Origin: Octopus vulgaris
Lineage: Eukaryota
Direction of reading: 5' to 3'
Assembly (NCBI GenBank): GCA_951406725.2
Contig: OX597820.1
Coordinates: 19,468,001-19,532,000 of the forward strand
Length of the DNA stretch: 64,000 bases
Shown here: piece after piece, positions 40,513 to 53,905 of the stretch
How the letters are laid out: every line of letters begins with the position of its first letter
Numbering within the stretch: position 1 is the first letter of the stretch
Notes under the pieces: generated by a model
Seen by the model: only the letters and a program-made list of their open reading frames with translations
Told to the model about the DNA's origin: nothing
The model's database searches: none
Translations under genes and position numbers: made by a program

Positions 40513-40895
40513 CAGGTGCAGGTGTGGTTGTATGGTTGAGAAGCTCGCTTCCCAACCATATGGTCTTGGGTTCAATCCCACTTACTGGCACCTCAGCCAA
40601 ATATCTTCTGTTATATAGCCCAGGCCAACAAACTGAAAAAAAAGCTTGTTGTGAATGTGTGTGAACCCTTTCCTTTACATCATATGATGGTTGTAAATGA
40701 GCATCACCATCATACAAGCAGTGTTGGTTGCTTCTAGTCCTCCATGGAAAACATATCTGGCCACGGGGAAATATTACCTTGCTTGGAAACAGGTGATGTT
40801 TGGTGACAGGAATGGCATCCAGCTTATGAAAGTTTACCCCAACAAATTCCAACAAATAATGGAAAATTAAATGGTTAAATGATGATGATAATGAT
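40513..40895 (+). mobile_element. SINE with family A head and (GAT)n tail
   Basis: GGTTCAATCCC B box; GGAATGGCATCCAGC...AAATGATGATGAT. Confidence 0.75.
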
Positions 40896-42494
40896 GTCAA
40901 CCTTTTTGTAATTGTGACAGGGGTGGGGGTTTTCTTGGGATTTGCGTACTTTTCTAAATTAAGGGTATGAATTATATCTAGGCATTATTGTGGATCCCCA
41001 ATTCACTATTTCATTGCATGGACCCCCCCATAAATCTTATATGAATCCTCAGGGGCCATATGGACTCCAGTTGAGAACCACTGATATAGATAGTAGATGG
41101 GAGTATGGTATTTTACTAATCTCAGAAACCAATACTTCAATTTGTGTGTGTGTGTGTGCGCAAACGTTTGACAAGCTTTCTAAAATAGAAGTGAACTCCC
41201 TACAAGGTAAGCGTGTGACTTACTTTCACCTGCGAGTTCAAACCATTTCAGTTCACTTACGTTGCTGCATGCTTAAGAAAAGGCATTGGTGTCACAACAC
41301 ATCCCATATATTCTCTTTTGTTCTTAGTCAAAGGAAATCAATATACCTACATATATACACACACAGTTGGCATCACCAGTTGAAGTATCATTATGTATAC
41401 AGTATTATAATTACAATGTTTGTGCGTGTGTGTGTGTGTGTATCCAAGAGGTGGTTTCAGTGTCTTGCTTTGTCCCAGTGAGCCATTATAATGAATTCAG
41501 TGAGTTTATGTGTGTGAATTCTATGATCAAATAGAGGAGCCCAAAGCCATTGCTTTAATTTCTCTCCTGTGCAACCTCCATTTTGTTCACATCTCCCTCT
41601 TGTGCTCTCCCTCTCTCCGAGTCTCTGTCTGTTTGTCTCTCTCACTGTCTGTCTCTGTCTCTCTCTCTCAAATTACTCAGCACTGACTGTGCTGTTTCAA
41701 ATTGCTCTCCACGTGAATGGAGATCAAATGTTCAAATGTTGCTTCAATATAAGTAAATTTGGTGTGCTTGCTGAAGTTTTTACCAATCACCGATCTCGTG
41801 CAATAACAGCATTTCCTCAGCGTATCCAATGCAGTATGAAAAGTAGAAAGAGAGAAAGAGAGAGAGTGTGAGATCATCATTTCTTTTTATCATCGCCATC
41901 ATCATCATCATCGTCATTTCCCCACCACCATCACATCTCATCATTTACATCGTCATTGCATCTTACGAAGAGCAGCCCCGTGAATTTACTATCTTGTACA
42001 CACATACACACATATACACACACACACATGCACATAAATGCACACACACACACACAACCTTTTTCATAATTTCAAAGATCTGATTCTTTTTAACTAACAT
42101 GTGACGTGTGTGTGTGTGTATGCACGGATACATGTGCGTGTGTACTTGTAATGTCTGCGTATATGAATATGTGCATGTGTGTGTGTATGTATATATCATA
42201 CTGCCGCAGAATGAATGAGTGGGTGAATGATCCAGAAAAACATAACGCTCTGTAATTGCAGACGGTGCCAAGAGAAGCAGCATGTGTGCAAGAAGAATGC
42301 TTCTTGCAGTTTTATAAATATTGCTTTTGGGGTTTCTCAAAAGAATCTTTTACTTTGAAGACCCCTTCCAAAGCTTCCTCGCTGACTCTCCGTATAAAGA
42401 AAATAAAACAGGAACGGAGCGTGAATGGAAGAAGAAACATCGAAGCATATCAATCTATATTAATTTCATCAGCAATTGATTCCTTTCCGTCCAA

Positions 42495-42540
<46 letters not shown>

Positions 42541-43009
42541 GTTGTTGTTGTTGTTGTTATTTGTGTGATTATTTTTCCCTTTAGTTTAAGAAGAAGGAAA
42601 ATTCTCCGCTTATTTTTGAAACTCTGTGTCTCGGAATTAACCCTTGGATTACTAATTACTTGTAACACCTGTTCTGTTGGTGTCTGAACAATAATGACGA
42701 CGACGATGATGATGATGATGATGATGTTGATGGACAAAAGTCGAAGTATTTTAAGTCTTAACTAACAGTCATAATTTCATTTCGCTAATAATTATGTGTA
42801 ATTTCCAACTTGTGACAAGGAAATGTGTGTTATAATTTGTTACTTATTCAGTGTTTAAATAAATAGCTGACTTTCTAAATGTTGTTAGCGAAGAAGATAC
42901 GAGATTTTCTTTAGATTTGTTAGTTCAGTATAGTATAGCATTTTAACATAAAAACTTCAAGTTTTTTGGCAGGGTTTTCACCACTCAGTGACTAACATTT
43001 ATCAACATT

Positions 43010-43250
43010 ATCGTCATCATCATCGTTTAACGTCCGTTTTCCATGCTAGCATGGGTTGGACGGTTCGACCGGGGTCTGGGAAGCCAGGTGGTTGCACCAG
43101 GCTCCAGTCTGGTCTGGCGGTGTTTCTACGACTGGATGCCTTTCCTAACGCCAACCACTCCATGAGTGTAGTGAGTGCTTTTTACATGCCACTGGCACAG
43201 GGGCCAGAGGAAGCTGGCAAACGCCGCGATCAGTTGGTGCTTTTACGTAA
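43010..43250 (-). mobile_element. Family C retroposon
   Basis: Close match to 25532-25780. Confidence 0.85.
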
Positions 43251-43400
43251 TTCTTCCACATATACCGATCATGACTCTGTTGAATTTTTGAATCGTACTC
43301 CTATCAGAAAATTACCATGAAATTTTGAAATTTTTTTCAGTAGTATGGTCCAGGCCTCATGCAGCCCACTTTTCAAAACAGTTGCCCCTGCCTGACATAT

Positions 43401-43630
43401 TTAACCCTTTAGTGTTTAAACCGGCCAAATCCAGCCCAATATATTCTACATGTTTTATATTCAAACTGGCGATATCTAGCCTCTCACTCCTAACCTACAA
43501 TGCCATTCTGAAAATAAACAATCACATCATTGAAACCTCAAAGCTATAAACATAATGCATGATTAATTCAAAACAATTTGAGTGAAAAAGTAATTCATTT
43601 AACAGAGTATTCTGAACACTAAAGGGTTAA
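43401..43630. mobile_element. piggyBac-type MITE P1
   Basis: TTAA-CCCTTTAGTGTT...AACACTAAAGGG-TTAA. Confidence 0.9.
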
Positions 43631-44316
43631 ATATATGTGGGTGGGGTATGATTTTCAACAAGTAGTGTAACATTTGATCAGTTTTGTGGTTTTCTAATAA
43701 AAACCACTGTAAACTTTGTGAACTGCAGCTACCCAGGGTATCCAGGACAAAATATTAATTTATTTTCCTGTTTATTAAACTGGTAGAAACAGCAGGATGG
43801 TTCAACAGCTGCCTTTGATGCAATTGATGTTTGAATTAAGCGTCCTATACTTAATCCTTGAGCATTTAAACCAGCCTGTTGTGCCTGTATTTCTAAAGGC
43901 CAGCCTTGTCACGTTCTGTGTCACACTGATTCTCTCCGAGAACTAAGTTAAGGGCACACGCCTGTGGAGTACTCAGCCATTTGCACATTACTTTCACTAG
44001 CAGGCTGTTCTATCGGTCGGATCAACCAGAACACCTGTCGTAATCGATGGAATTCTAGTGGTTCAGGCATGACTGAATAGATCAAAAAGTTCACTTCCCA
44101 ATCATAAGGTCTCGGTTTCAATTCTACTGGCTGGCATCTTGGGCAGATATCTTCTTCCATAGCCTTGGGTCACCCAAGCTTTGCAAGTGATGTTGAGTGT
44201 ACAGAAACTGTATGAAACCAAAATTCAAAGATCTAGTCTTGTCACACATTAGTGGTATAAATGTCTGAAATTTCTAGTCACACTGCATGCATAGATTCCT
44301 GTGATTCTCTCATTGT

Positions 44317-44610
44317 GAGGCACATGGCCTAGTGGTTAGAGCAGCGGACTTGCAATTGAGGGATCACAGGTTCGAATCTCAGACCGGCTGATGTGTGTGT
44401 TTATGAGAGAAACACCTAAGCTCCACGCGGCTCCAGCAGAAGATAATGGCGAACTTCTGTTGACTCCTTCGCCACAACTTTCTCTCACTCTTTCCTCCTG
44501 CATCTTGCAGCTCACCTGCAACTGACTGGCGTCCCGTCCAGGTGGGGAACCTATACGCCCGGGAAACTGGCCCTATGAGCCAGGCGTGGCTTGAGAAGGA
44601 ACAAACAACT
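44317..44610 (+). mobile_element. tRNA-derived SINE family D
   Basis: TGGCCTAGTGGTTAGAGC A box, GGTTCGAATCTC B box, (AAC)n-like tail; second copy at 48694-48997. Confidence 0.85.
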
Positions 44611-45251
44611 CTCTCATTAGCCAAATTACACAACCACAGATGCCACCCCTATGGATGCATGGCAGTTAGTCCCTTGATAGATTTTGGTGGTCCCTGACTG
44701 TTGATCTTCTAGCATTCGTCCTCTCAGCATCAATGTGCAAAGCACTCTCAGCTCAGTTGAGCTCTTTGTCTGACTCTTTATCATTGGGGTTTGTGGGTAT
44801 TTTGTAAAATTCCTCATGGAGTGACAGCTGTGACCTGCATAGTTACTGGCTGCCTCTTTAGCAGGGTATAATGCCCATTCAACCACCTTGCCAGGGATAT
44901 GGCGAAGTCATGGGACTTCAGCTTCTCTGTGGAATACTCAGCTAATAATGCCATAATTAATGAGTTGGTAATTCAGTTGACTGAATCCAGCAAAGAAGCC
45001 ATTATTCTATGCGTGCGTGTGTGTGCACATGCATGTATGTGCCTGTTTATGTGGTAGGCATGGCCAAATTGGTAAAGTCGTTCACTTCTTAGTCATGAGG
45101 TCTGGGTTCAATTCTACTATGTGGCACCATAGACTCAGGTCAACTCAAGTTATGAGGTCCAACTAAAAAAAAGGAGGAGTAAACTTGGTTCTTGTGTCTC
45201 AAGTGCACATTGTATAGAACTGATTATTCTTTGTTCCTATGCAGTAAAGAT

Positions 45252-45629
45252 TTAACTCTTTTGATATCAACCCGCCTGAAACCGCCTCTGGTTCTGTAGT
45301 ACATATGTCTTGTTTTCAAAAGTTTTGAATAAAAATCTTCCGCCAAACCTTAGCCACAATTTATGTTCCCAACACTAGCTTAATGATAAACTAAATTATT
45401 TTACTAATTCTTTGTTCTATTTAAAATTAATTGAAAGAAACACAGAGCATCCCAACAGAAATATGGCAACAAAAGGGTTAAGCCCTTTAGCATATAAACT
45501 GGCCCTTGTTTTATGTTCAAACCAGGCAGGTCTGTCCCCTTATTGCTTATCATAATAAAAATAACAATCACATCATTGAAATAAATAAGCATTATATTTA
45601 ACAAAGTGATCAGAATGCTAAAGGGTTAA
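45252..45629. mobile_element. P2 MITE followed by an internally deleted P1 MITE, adjoining at one TTAA
   Basis: TTAA at 45252, 45478 and 45626. Confidence 0.8.
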
Positions 45630-46060
45630 TTGAACTAGAACCATAAAAACACTGAGTCAGTTTATTACTGTTTAAGCTCACCTTAAAAAGAAAGTACAGC
45701 AAAGCACTCAGTGTCTTTCACATAGAGAAAGTCTTTCCAACTGAAAAGTGATTGTGTGTGTGTGTGTCTGAAAATATCTGTTTTGTAATGCAGTCTAAAC
45801 TTTCCTCCTCTACATTAGCTGGGAGTTTCTTCTATATGACGTAGGTTTGCTGTCTGAGACATAAATCATGTCAGTTCATGTAAAGAGAGTACACCAGTCA
45901 TTTGATGCTTTAAAATTGCTGTTTCCGTCCCAGTTCCATAGTGATCTGCAATGCCCCCAAAGGCATAATAACAACCATTGGTACAAATTCCCAAGTCCAT
46001 TCCTTCAGCTTTGGTTTCCAATTCATTATGTGGAGCCATTTCTTTTCTCTTTTTTTTTCA

Positions 46061-46450
46061 TAGGCGCAAGAGTGGCTGTATGGTAAGTAGCTTTCTTACG
46101 AACCACATGGTTCCGGATTCAGTCCCACTGCGTGGTACCTTGGGCAAGTGTCTTCTACTATAGCCTCGGGCCGACCAAGGCCTTGTGAGTGGATTTGGTA
46201 GACAGAAACTGAAAGAAGCCCGTCATATATATGTATATATATGTATGTGTGTCTCTGTTTGTCCCCCAACATCGCTTGACAACCGATGCTGGTGTGTTTA
46301 CATCCTCATAACTTAGCGATTCGGCAAAAGAGGCCGATAGAATAAGTACTAGGCTTACAAAGAATAAGTCCTGGGGTTGATTTGCTTGACTAAAGGTGGT
46401 GCTCTAGCATGGCCACAGTCAAATGACTGAAACGAGTAAAAGAGTAAAAA
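46061..46450 (+). mobile_element. SINE family A, full length
   Basis: Matches the family consensus. Confidence 0.9.
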
Positions 46451-46905
46451 GGGAGAGTGTAGCAAGACCCCCTCCCCCCAGTAATTCCAAGTCTTCAGTT
46501 GGTTTGGCTATTCTTTTTGTTTTTTCTTCTGTCTTTATACTTTCAAATTGAATTTCACAAATGATTCAGGCAGGGTTGTTTGTTGAACAAAGCTTGCTTT
46601 GTAACAACGGGGTTTCTTGTTCAGTTCCACTGCACAGCATCGTCACTTGACAACCGGCGTTGGTTTGTTTACAAGCCTTGCGTTTGATTTGTTTGACTAA
46701 ACCATTCAAGGCAGTGCCTCAGCATGGACACAGTCCAATGACCGAAACAGTTCAAGAATAAAGAATACTTTGAAGTTGAATTGCACATAGAAGATTGGAG
46801 TTTTGTACTTTCTTTTGTGTAATATGATTATGGGACAGATTTACAGTTGATAATCTGATGAATAACAAGGATTATGATTTCACTAACTGATGATGGATAC
46901 AAATT

Positions 46906-47128
46906 TTAACCCTTTAGCTTTCAGATTAAGTGTGATGTTTATCTATTCATATTGCTTTGAATTAATTAATCCTACATTATCTCATAGCTTCAAGATTTTG
47001 ATGATGTGATTGTTTATTTTCAGAATGACATTGTAGGATAGGTGTGTGAGGCTAGATCTGGCCACTTCAAACATAAAACAGGTAGAATATTTTGGCCGGA
47101 TATGGCTGTTTGAATGCTAAAGGATTAA
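46906..47128. mobile_element. piggyBac-type MITE P1
   Basis: TTAA-CCCTTTAGC...GCTAAAGGA-TTAA. Confidence 0.85.
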
Positions 47129-47719
47129 ATTAATACCAATTACATCATCTTTTTATTGCATCCTGTATCCCGTGCTTAATGCTTGAGCATTTAAACCAGC
47201 CATATCCAGCACAAATATTCTACACACTTTATGTTCAAACTGGTTAAATCTGGCCCCTTACAGCTATCTTACAATATCATTCTAAAACTAAACAATCACA
47301 GAGATTTTGCTTCTCTGGATAGAATCTAAAAAGGAATTGATCAAAATATTTGTATATTTTTATATTCTAATACTTTTATCCATTTTTTCCTTTTTTTTAT
47401 AATGGATTGTAGACTGCCATTTACTGGGTTTTCAATTCCAGTCCAAAATTGAGCATTTAGAAACAATCTATCAAAAACAAACAGAAATACTTATTTATTC
47501 CCCCACTCACTGAATATTTTGGGAAAATGCTAATATGAGAGACTTTGTTATTAGTGCAGGCATGGTTGTGTGGTTGAGAAGTTTATTTTGCAACCATGTG
47601 GTTTCAGGTTCAGTCCCACTGCATGGCACTTTGGGCAAGTTTCTTCTACTAAAATCACAAGCTGACCGATGCTTTGTTAGTGAATTTGGTTGATACAGAA
47701 AGAATGTGGAAACCCATTG

Positions 47720-48120
47720 TAGGCGTGGGAGTGGCTGTGTGGGTAAGTAGCTTGCTAACCAACCACATGGTTCCGGGTTCAGTCCCACTGCGTGGCATCT
47801 TGGGCAAGTGTCTTCTGCTATAGCCCCGGGCCGACCAATGCCTTGTGAGTGGATTTGGTAGACAGAAACTGAAAGAAGCCTGTCGTATATATGTATATAT
47901 ATATATGTATGCGTGTGTGTTTGTGTGTCTGTGTTTGTCCCCCCTAGCATTGCTTGACAACCGATGCTGGTGTGTTTACGTCCCCGTCACTTAGCGGTTC
48001 GGCAAAAAGAGACCGATAGAATAAGTACTGAGCTTACAAAGAATAAGTTCCGGGGTCGATTTGCTCGACTAAAGGCAGTGCTCCAGCATGGCCGCAGTCA
48101 AATGACTGAAACAAGTAAAA
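47720..48120 (+). mobile_element. Young SINE A nested inside an older SINE A (~47555-48355)
   Basis: The older copy's head lies upstream and its body resumes after 48150. Confidence 0.9.
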
Positions 48121-48693
48121 CGAAAAAAAAAAAAAGAAAAAAAAAAAATATGTATGTTTGTGTGTCTTCTCGTTTGTCTCACCGCCCCCCCCCCACACTG
48201 CTTGACATCTGGTTTTGGTTTGTTTACATCCCTGTAACAGCAGTTCAGTGAAAGATATCAATAGAATAAGTACTAGACTTTGAAAAACCTAAACCCTTTG
48301 AGTCGGTGGCCCAGCATGGCTTGCAGTCCAATGACCGGCGCAAATAAGAGATGAAGCAAATTTAAAGCATGAAACAGTTGGTGCACGTAATTACGAACGA
48401 ACATAACGAGTTCCGAATTTTGGGGTTGAGAAAATATATCTTATAAGGCTGCTCCCTGATACATGGGTTGGTGCATACTCACCTGTTTACAATATGAGCC
48501 AATTAGTAGGTAGTTAAATTGATTGAAACCAACAAGGAATCTATTTACTGCATAGGTACAGGTATGACTGTGGTTAAAAAGCTTCTTCTCAATCATATGG
48601 TCTTGGGTTCAGACCCACTGTGTGGCACTTTGGGCAAGTGTTTTCACCCTCAAAGTGGATTTAGTGGACAGAACGAAGCCATAGTGTGTGTGT

Positions 48694-48997
48694 GGAGGCA
48701 CATGGCCTAGTGGTTAGAGCAGCGGACTCACGGTCGAGGGTTCGCGGGTTCGAATCTCAGACCGGGCTATGTGTGTGTTTATGAGCGAAACACCTAAGCT
48801 CCATGCAGCTCCAGCAGAAGGTAACGGCGCACTTCTGCTGACTTTTTTGCCACAACTTTCTCTCACTCTTTCTTCCTGCATCATGCAGCTCACCTGCGAT
48901 GGACCAGCATCCCATCCAGGTGGCGAACTTATACGCCAAGGAAACTGGGAAACCGGCTCTAATGAGCCAGGCATGGCTCGAGAAGGAACTAACAACA
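48694..48997 (+). mobile_element. SINE family D nested in an older A-head SINE
   Basis: Homologous to 44317-44610. Confidence 0.85.
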
Positions 48998-49334
48998 TAG
49001 TGTGTGTATGTGTGTCTGTGTGTGTGATTGTATGTGTATTTGTCTAGACATCACGTGAAGGTTGTAAATGAGTGGCGTTGTAATACAAGTGAGGATGTTT
49101 GGTTCCCGTCTTCCATGCAAAACATGTACAACTCTGGGGGTGAAATCTTTACCTTTCTTGGAAACAGGTGAAGGTTGGTGATAGGAAGAGCATCCAGTTG
49201 TAGAAAATCTGCTTCAACAAATACCATCTGATTTCTGCAAGCATGGAAAAATGGACATTCAATGATGATAATTATGATCTGCATCATTACCATATTTGTA
49301 GTGTGATAGACAAAATACCCCATATAAAAAAAAA

Positions 49335-49580
49335 GGTTCCTTCTCGAGCCATGCCAGGCTCATAAGGGCCGGTTCCCCAGTTTCGGTGGCGTAGAAATAC
49401 TCCACCTGGACGGGACGCCGGTCCGTCGCAGGATTACTCACTTTTGCCAGCTGAGTGGACTGGAACAACGTGAAAATGAAGTGTTTTGCTCAAGAACACA
49501 ATGCGTCGCCCGGTCCAGGAATCGAAACCACAACCTCACGATCATGAGTTCAACACCCTAACCACTAAACCACGTGCCAC
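49335..49580 (-). mobile_element. tRNA-derived SINE sharing the family D tail
   Basis: Minus strand TGGTTTAGTGGTTAGGG...GGTTTCGATTCC head; GCATGGCTCGAGAAGGAAC tail. Confidence 0.8.
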
Positions 49581-49662
49581 CACTACCACCCCATCGCATT
49601 CAGTTGTGACCCTTTATGTTCTGAGTTCAGTCATCACCAGTGTCAACTTTCCCTTTCACTTC

Positions 49663-49908
49663 TTAACCCTTTTGACATCAACCCACCTGAGACTGCTCCT
49701 GGTTCTATTATACAAAATTCTTGTTTTAAAATGATTTAAATTAAAACCTTCCATCAAAAATTTAATGCTAATTTATGTTAATTTATGTTCCAGACATCAG
49801 CTTAATAATAGTAAAATTATTTCATTAAATTCTTTATTATTTTAAAAACTAATTGAAACAAAGGCAATGCATGATACTTCTTCAGAAACACAGTAATGAA
49901 AGGGTTAA
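49663..49908. mobile_element. piggyBac-type MITE, P2-like
   Basis: TTAA-CCCTTT...AAAGGG-TTAA. Confidence 0.8.
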
Positions 49909-52041
49909 ATCAATTACATTCCTTTTGCTAAATTTTTGACCTTTTACTAACATGAGAAATTTATTTATAAATTCTGTATTGTACACTAATTTTGGCAACG
50001 GTGTCTGCAGTTAGTTCTCTTTCGGTAGTTTCCTTTTTTAACTGCAGGAAGGGGAGCCTCTGAGGTTCTTTAGTTCTTTAGCACTTGATTTTAGGCATTG
50101 TAAGTTCTACCCATCTGAAATACTGTTTACCATGTACTGTATAGTATTTAGTACTTATATACTACTATGCGCACGTTTGGAGCTGATTTATTAGCGAGTT
50201 GTTGCTGGAGGGCACTCTAGACTGATTATAGCCTACTGAAGATGCATGCTCAACGTTACAAGTGAACTTATTTATCTTCAGCAAAAATCCAGATTTTTTT
50301 TCTGTAAAGAATTAAACCACTTGTTCCCCTTAAAGGCAAGATTATTGTAATATAGACTGAATCAAAGGTTTTGGTTGTTTATTTTTAATTTTGTCTTGCC
50401 GGAAGATAAAAAAAAAGAAGAAAAAAAAAGCATTTCAAGTATGAGGTGTCAATTGTCTTATCAAAATAATTCGCATAGTTTGTGCATATAATTAATATTA
50501 GAAACTGCTGGCTTCATTATAAATATAAAAAAGGGGATAAAGAAAAAAAAAACTAGCTTTAAATTGAAAACAGTAACAGGACTTCCTTTGCTTTTAAACT
50601 GCAAGATATATAAGTGGAACGTGTAGGGAGGAACAAAATCAACCCTAAAGCAGGCAGTAAGCTTCTTTATTTGTCCCCTTGAGGTAGATATAAACCCTGT
50701 TCCAGACAAATTTGTGTGATTTTAATTGGCCACAGTCTGAAAGAAGGTTAATTGTTAAACCTTGCTGTTTTTATAATGTTATATTTTGGCCATCCAGTAT
50801 CTGTCAGCTTTAGTCTCTCTATATATTTATCTTCTCCCGTTTACCATGCCTTTATTTGGAAAAGCATTTCTCATTAAAAGAATACATGATAGATAGATAG
50901 ATAGATAGACAGATGAGAAAGAGGGAGACATTAAGAAAATCCTTGAAACCTAAAACTGATCCCTATATGTTTTCTAGCTCACTGTTATTTCAATTTAACA
51001 TCTTCATTTCCATTGGGACCTCAAAAGTTTTTTTTTTCCCTTGCATTTTTCCAGATGTTTTCAGTCTCCCTGTTAATAGTAAGCTCTATATAAACCCCAC
51101 TTCTGCCCTAAAACAACTGTCTTTGTTTTGATACTGCATATGTTTCAGTTTTACATGGCTTTAATAATCAGATGGGTTCACCTTAACATCATCGGTTCCC
51201 TATCATCAAAGAATAAACTAGATTTTCCTATTTACACCACTCGTTTTTTTACTCTAATTTCAGCCGCTATCAAATCAGATATTCTATCCCTGATCCTTGT
51301 TTCTCTTTTCATTTCTAATTTGTGTTAATGCTGTTGCTAACTTTTAATGGTGCTTCTATACAGATCCTTTCTTACTGTATCACATTAAGTGCTTTAACAC
51401 TGACAGTTTAAATCTTCCTTTCTGCGCTTTTTATATTATTTAGAAAGGCCCTCACATACAGATCTATTTAACATTGTCCTTTGAAATTTATGATGTAACT
51501 CCTGAAAACTTTCTGATATATATGCACAAGCATGGCTGTGTGGTAACAAGCTTGCTTCTCAACCACACGGTTATGGGTTCAGCCCCATTGTGTGGCTCCT
51601 TGGGTAAGTGTCTTCTATAGTCTCAGGCAGATCAAAGTCTTGTGAGTGGATTTGGTAGATGGAACCTGGGAGAAACCCATTGTGTGTGTGTGTTGGTGTG
51701 TTTATGTCCCCAGTAATTTAGCAGTTCAGCAATAAGTTCGATCAGACGACATTTTCGAAAAACCCTTTTCTTATGTTGTGAGAAACGGGACCACCCTCAG
51801 TGACACTTTTGAAATTTCCTTAATTTTTTTTTACCCCACATTTCATCAACTAACCATTTGCAAAAAATTTGTAGGTTTCCACTTTCCCTTCTTGCTGCAT
51901 TCTCAACAGAAATGTGAAAGATCTGCAATTTGTATGTTCTAGCTTTCTCAGAACCTGGTTATAATAACTCACTAATCATCATTCCGAGGTACAAAGACTA
52001 ATGGTAGTTCCTTGGAAGAGGATTTTATTTCTAGTTCTCTG

Positions 52042-52655
52042 GCATGGTTGTGTGGTAAGCAGTTTGCTTCCCGACCACATAATTCCAGGTTCAGTCTCAC
52101 TGTGTGACACCTTGGGCAAGTGTTCTCTATTATAGTCTTGGGCTGACCAAAGCCATGAGAATGGATTTGGTAGACAGAAACTGAGAGAAGCTTGTAATAT
52201 ATTATCAAGGCAGTGAGCTGGCAGAAACGTTAGCATGCCAGGCGAAGTGCTTGGTGGTATTTCATCTGCCGTTGCATTCTGAGTTCAAATTCTGCCGAGG
52301 TTGACTTTGCCTTTCATCCTTTCGGGGTTGATTTAATAAGTACCAGTTACGCACTGGGGTCAATGATATCGACTTAATCCTTTGTTTGCCCCCGCTATGT
52401 TATATCCCCTGTGGGTGATAAAGAAATATATTATCTGTGTGTATGTTTCCTACCACTGCTTGACAACTAATGTTGTTTTGGTTACATACCTATAACTTAG
52501 CAGTTTGGCATTAGAGATCAATAGAGTAAGTACCAGACTTTAAAAAAAACCCCAAAAAAAAAGTAAAAGTGCTTGTGTTGATTCATTCGACTAAAACCCC
52601 TTCAAGGTGGTTCCCCCAGCATGGCTGCAGTCCAATGACTGAAGCAAGCGAAAGA
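52042..52655 (+). mobile_element. SINE A interrupted by SINE B (52207-52430)
   Basis: Flanking ATATTATC duplication; head and tail of A on either side. Confidence 0.8.
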
Positions 52656-53905
52656 TCCCACCAAACAGAAAGGAAACTGTCACAACACACCTACTTCAAG
52701 CACCATTCAAACCCGAGCAAATGTGTTGCTGTATCTCACCAATTCTATGCGTCTTTGTGCCTTTTGATAGAAAGAAACCTGAGGAAGAATGCAGCCTGTG
52801 TGTCCTCTTCTAATGTTCATCTACACACTCGCTTCCAGAGTCCGACATCAATCAATTTATCTGGTAACCGAACATCACCGAACGTAGGATTAAACCTGCT
52901 GCCTTTAGAGCATGCTGATATCTCTGAATGAAACCATGCATATCAATTATATTTTAAATTCTTCACAAAGCTATTTTCTCGTTTCCTCCCTCGCCAACCA
53001 CCTAACAACAATCTAGAGATACTATTGAACCTTTAATGATTCATATCACTTATCAGATTCTGTAGCTTTGCTGCTGTTAACCTATTTAATTCAACCTGCA
53101 CTGCTTCCCTGTCAGCTTTTGTGTAGGTAGACAGAATGTATGGCACTTAGATGCAGCTGTAGAGAAAACTGTCAACATAATTTCTCATTTAGCATCTTAT
53201 ACACCTGAATCTCATTTAAAAGTTAATCCCATTAAATCCACTGATCTGAAAGTTAAGTTAAATCTGCAAATTTCTTTTTCATCGCTGTTTGTTCCTCTTC
53301 CCCCTAAACACTACCGCAACTTCTTCCACAGCTTCTTCCCTGCCTTCCATTATGCCGTCTTTATCATCGTCGTCATCATCATCTTCATCATTATAGCATC
53401 CTTCAATGTGGCTTAGACAAAAGCTATAAAAGTATTCTGTCACAGCTCCTCCCTCCTTGTAAAATATCCCACTTGATGTTTTCATGTTGTTTCCTAAATG
53501 TTTTCTCCATGAAAACAGCCTTAACTGTGCTCCATGTGTGAGTTAGGTTAGGTGGAATTCATATCAGATATGTTCTGATATATTTTGCTTTGCTTTGCTT
53601 TTTTCTTTAGATTTGCATTTCATTTTTTTTAATGACATTAATATTATACTCGTTATCATCATCATCATCTATTTTTGCATGCTTGCATGAGTCAGATAGA
53701 GTTTATTAAGGCAGATTTTTCTATAGCTGGATGCCCTTCCCGTCACCTACCCTCATCTTTTTAAGCAAGGTTATATTTCCCCCCATGGCCAAGCATGTTC
53801 TCGCAGACTGTTGGAAATGAATGTCACTGCTTGTATGACAGGGACACTCATTTACAGCTATCACATGATGTCAAGACAAGGAGAAACACACACACACATA
53901 TATAT

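Noticed and set aside
44317-44390. tRNA-like sequence (also 48694 and 49510-49580)
   Set aside because: SINE heads continuing into SINE bodies; no proper acceptor stem or terminator, so not tRNA genes.
50680-50700. TGAGGTAG let-7-like seed
   Set aside because: The rest does not match let-7 and there is no precursor hairpin.
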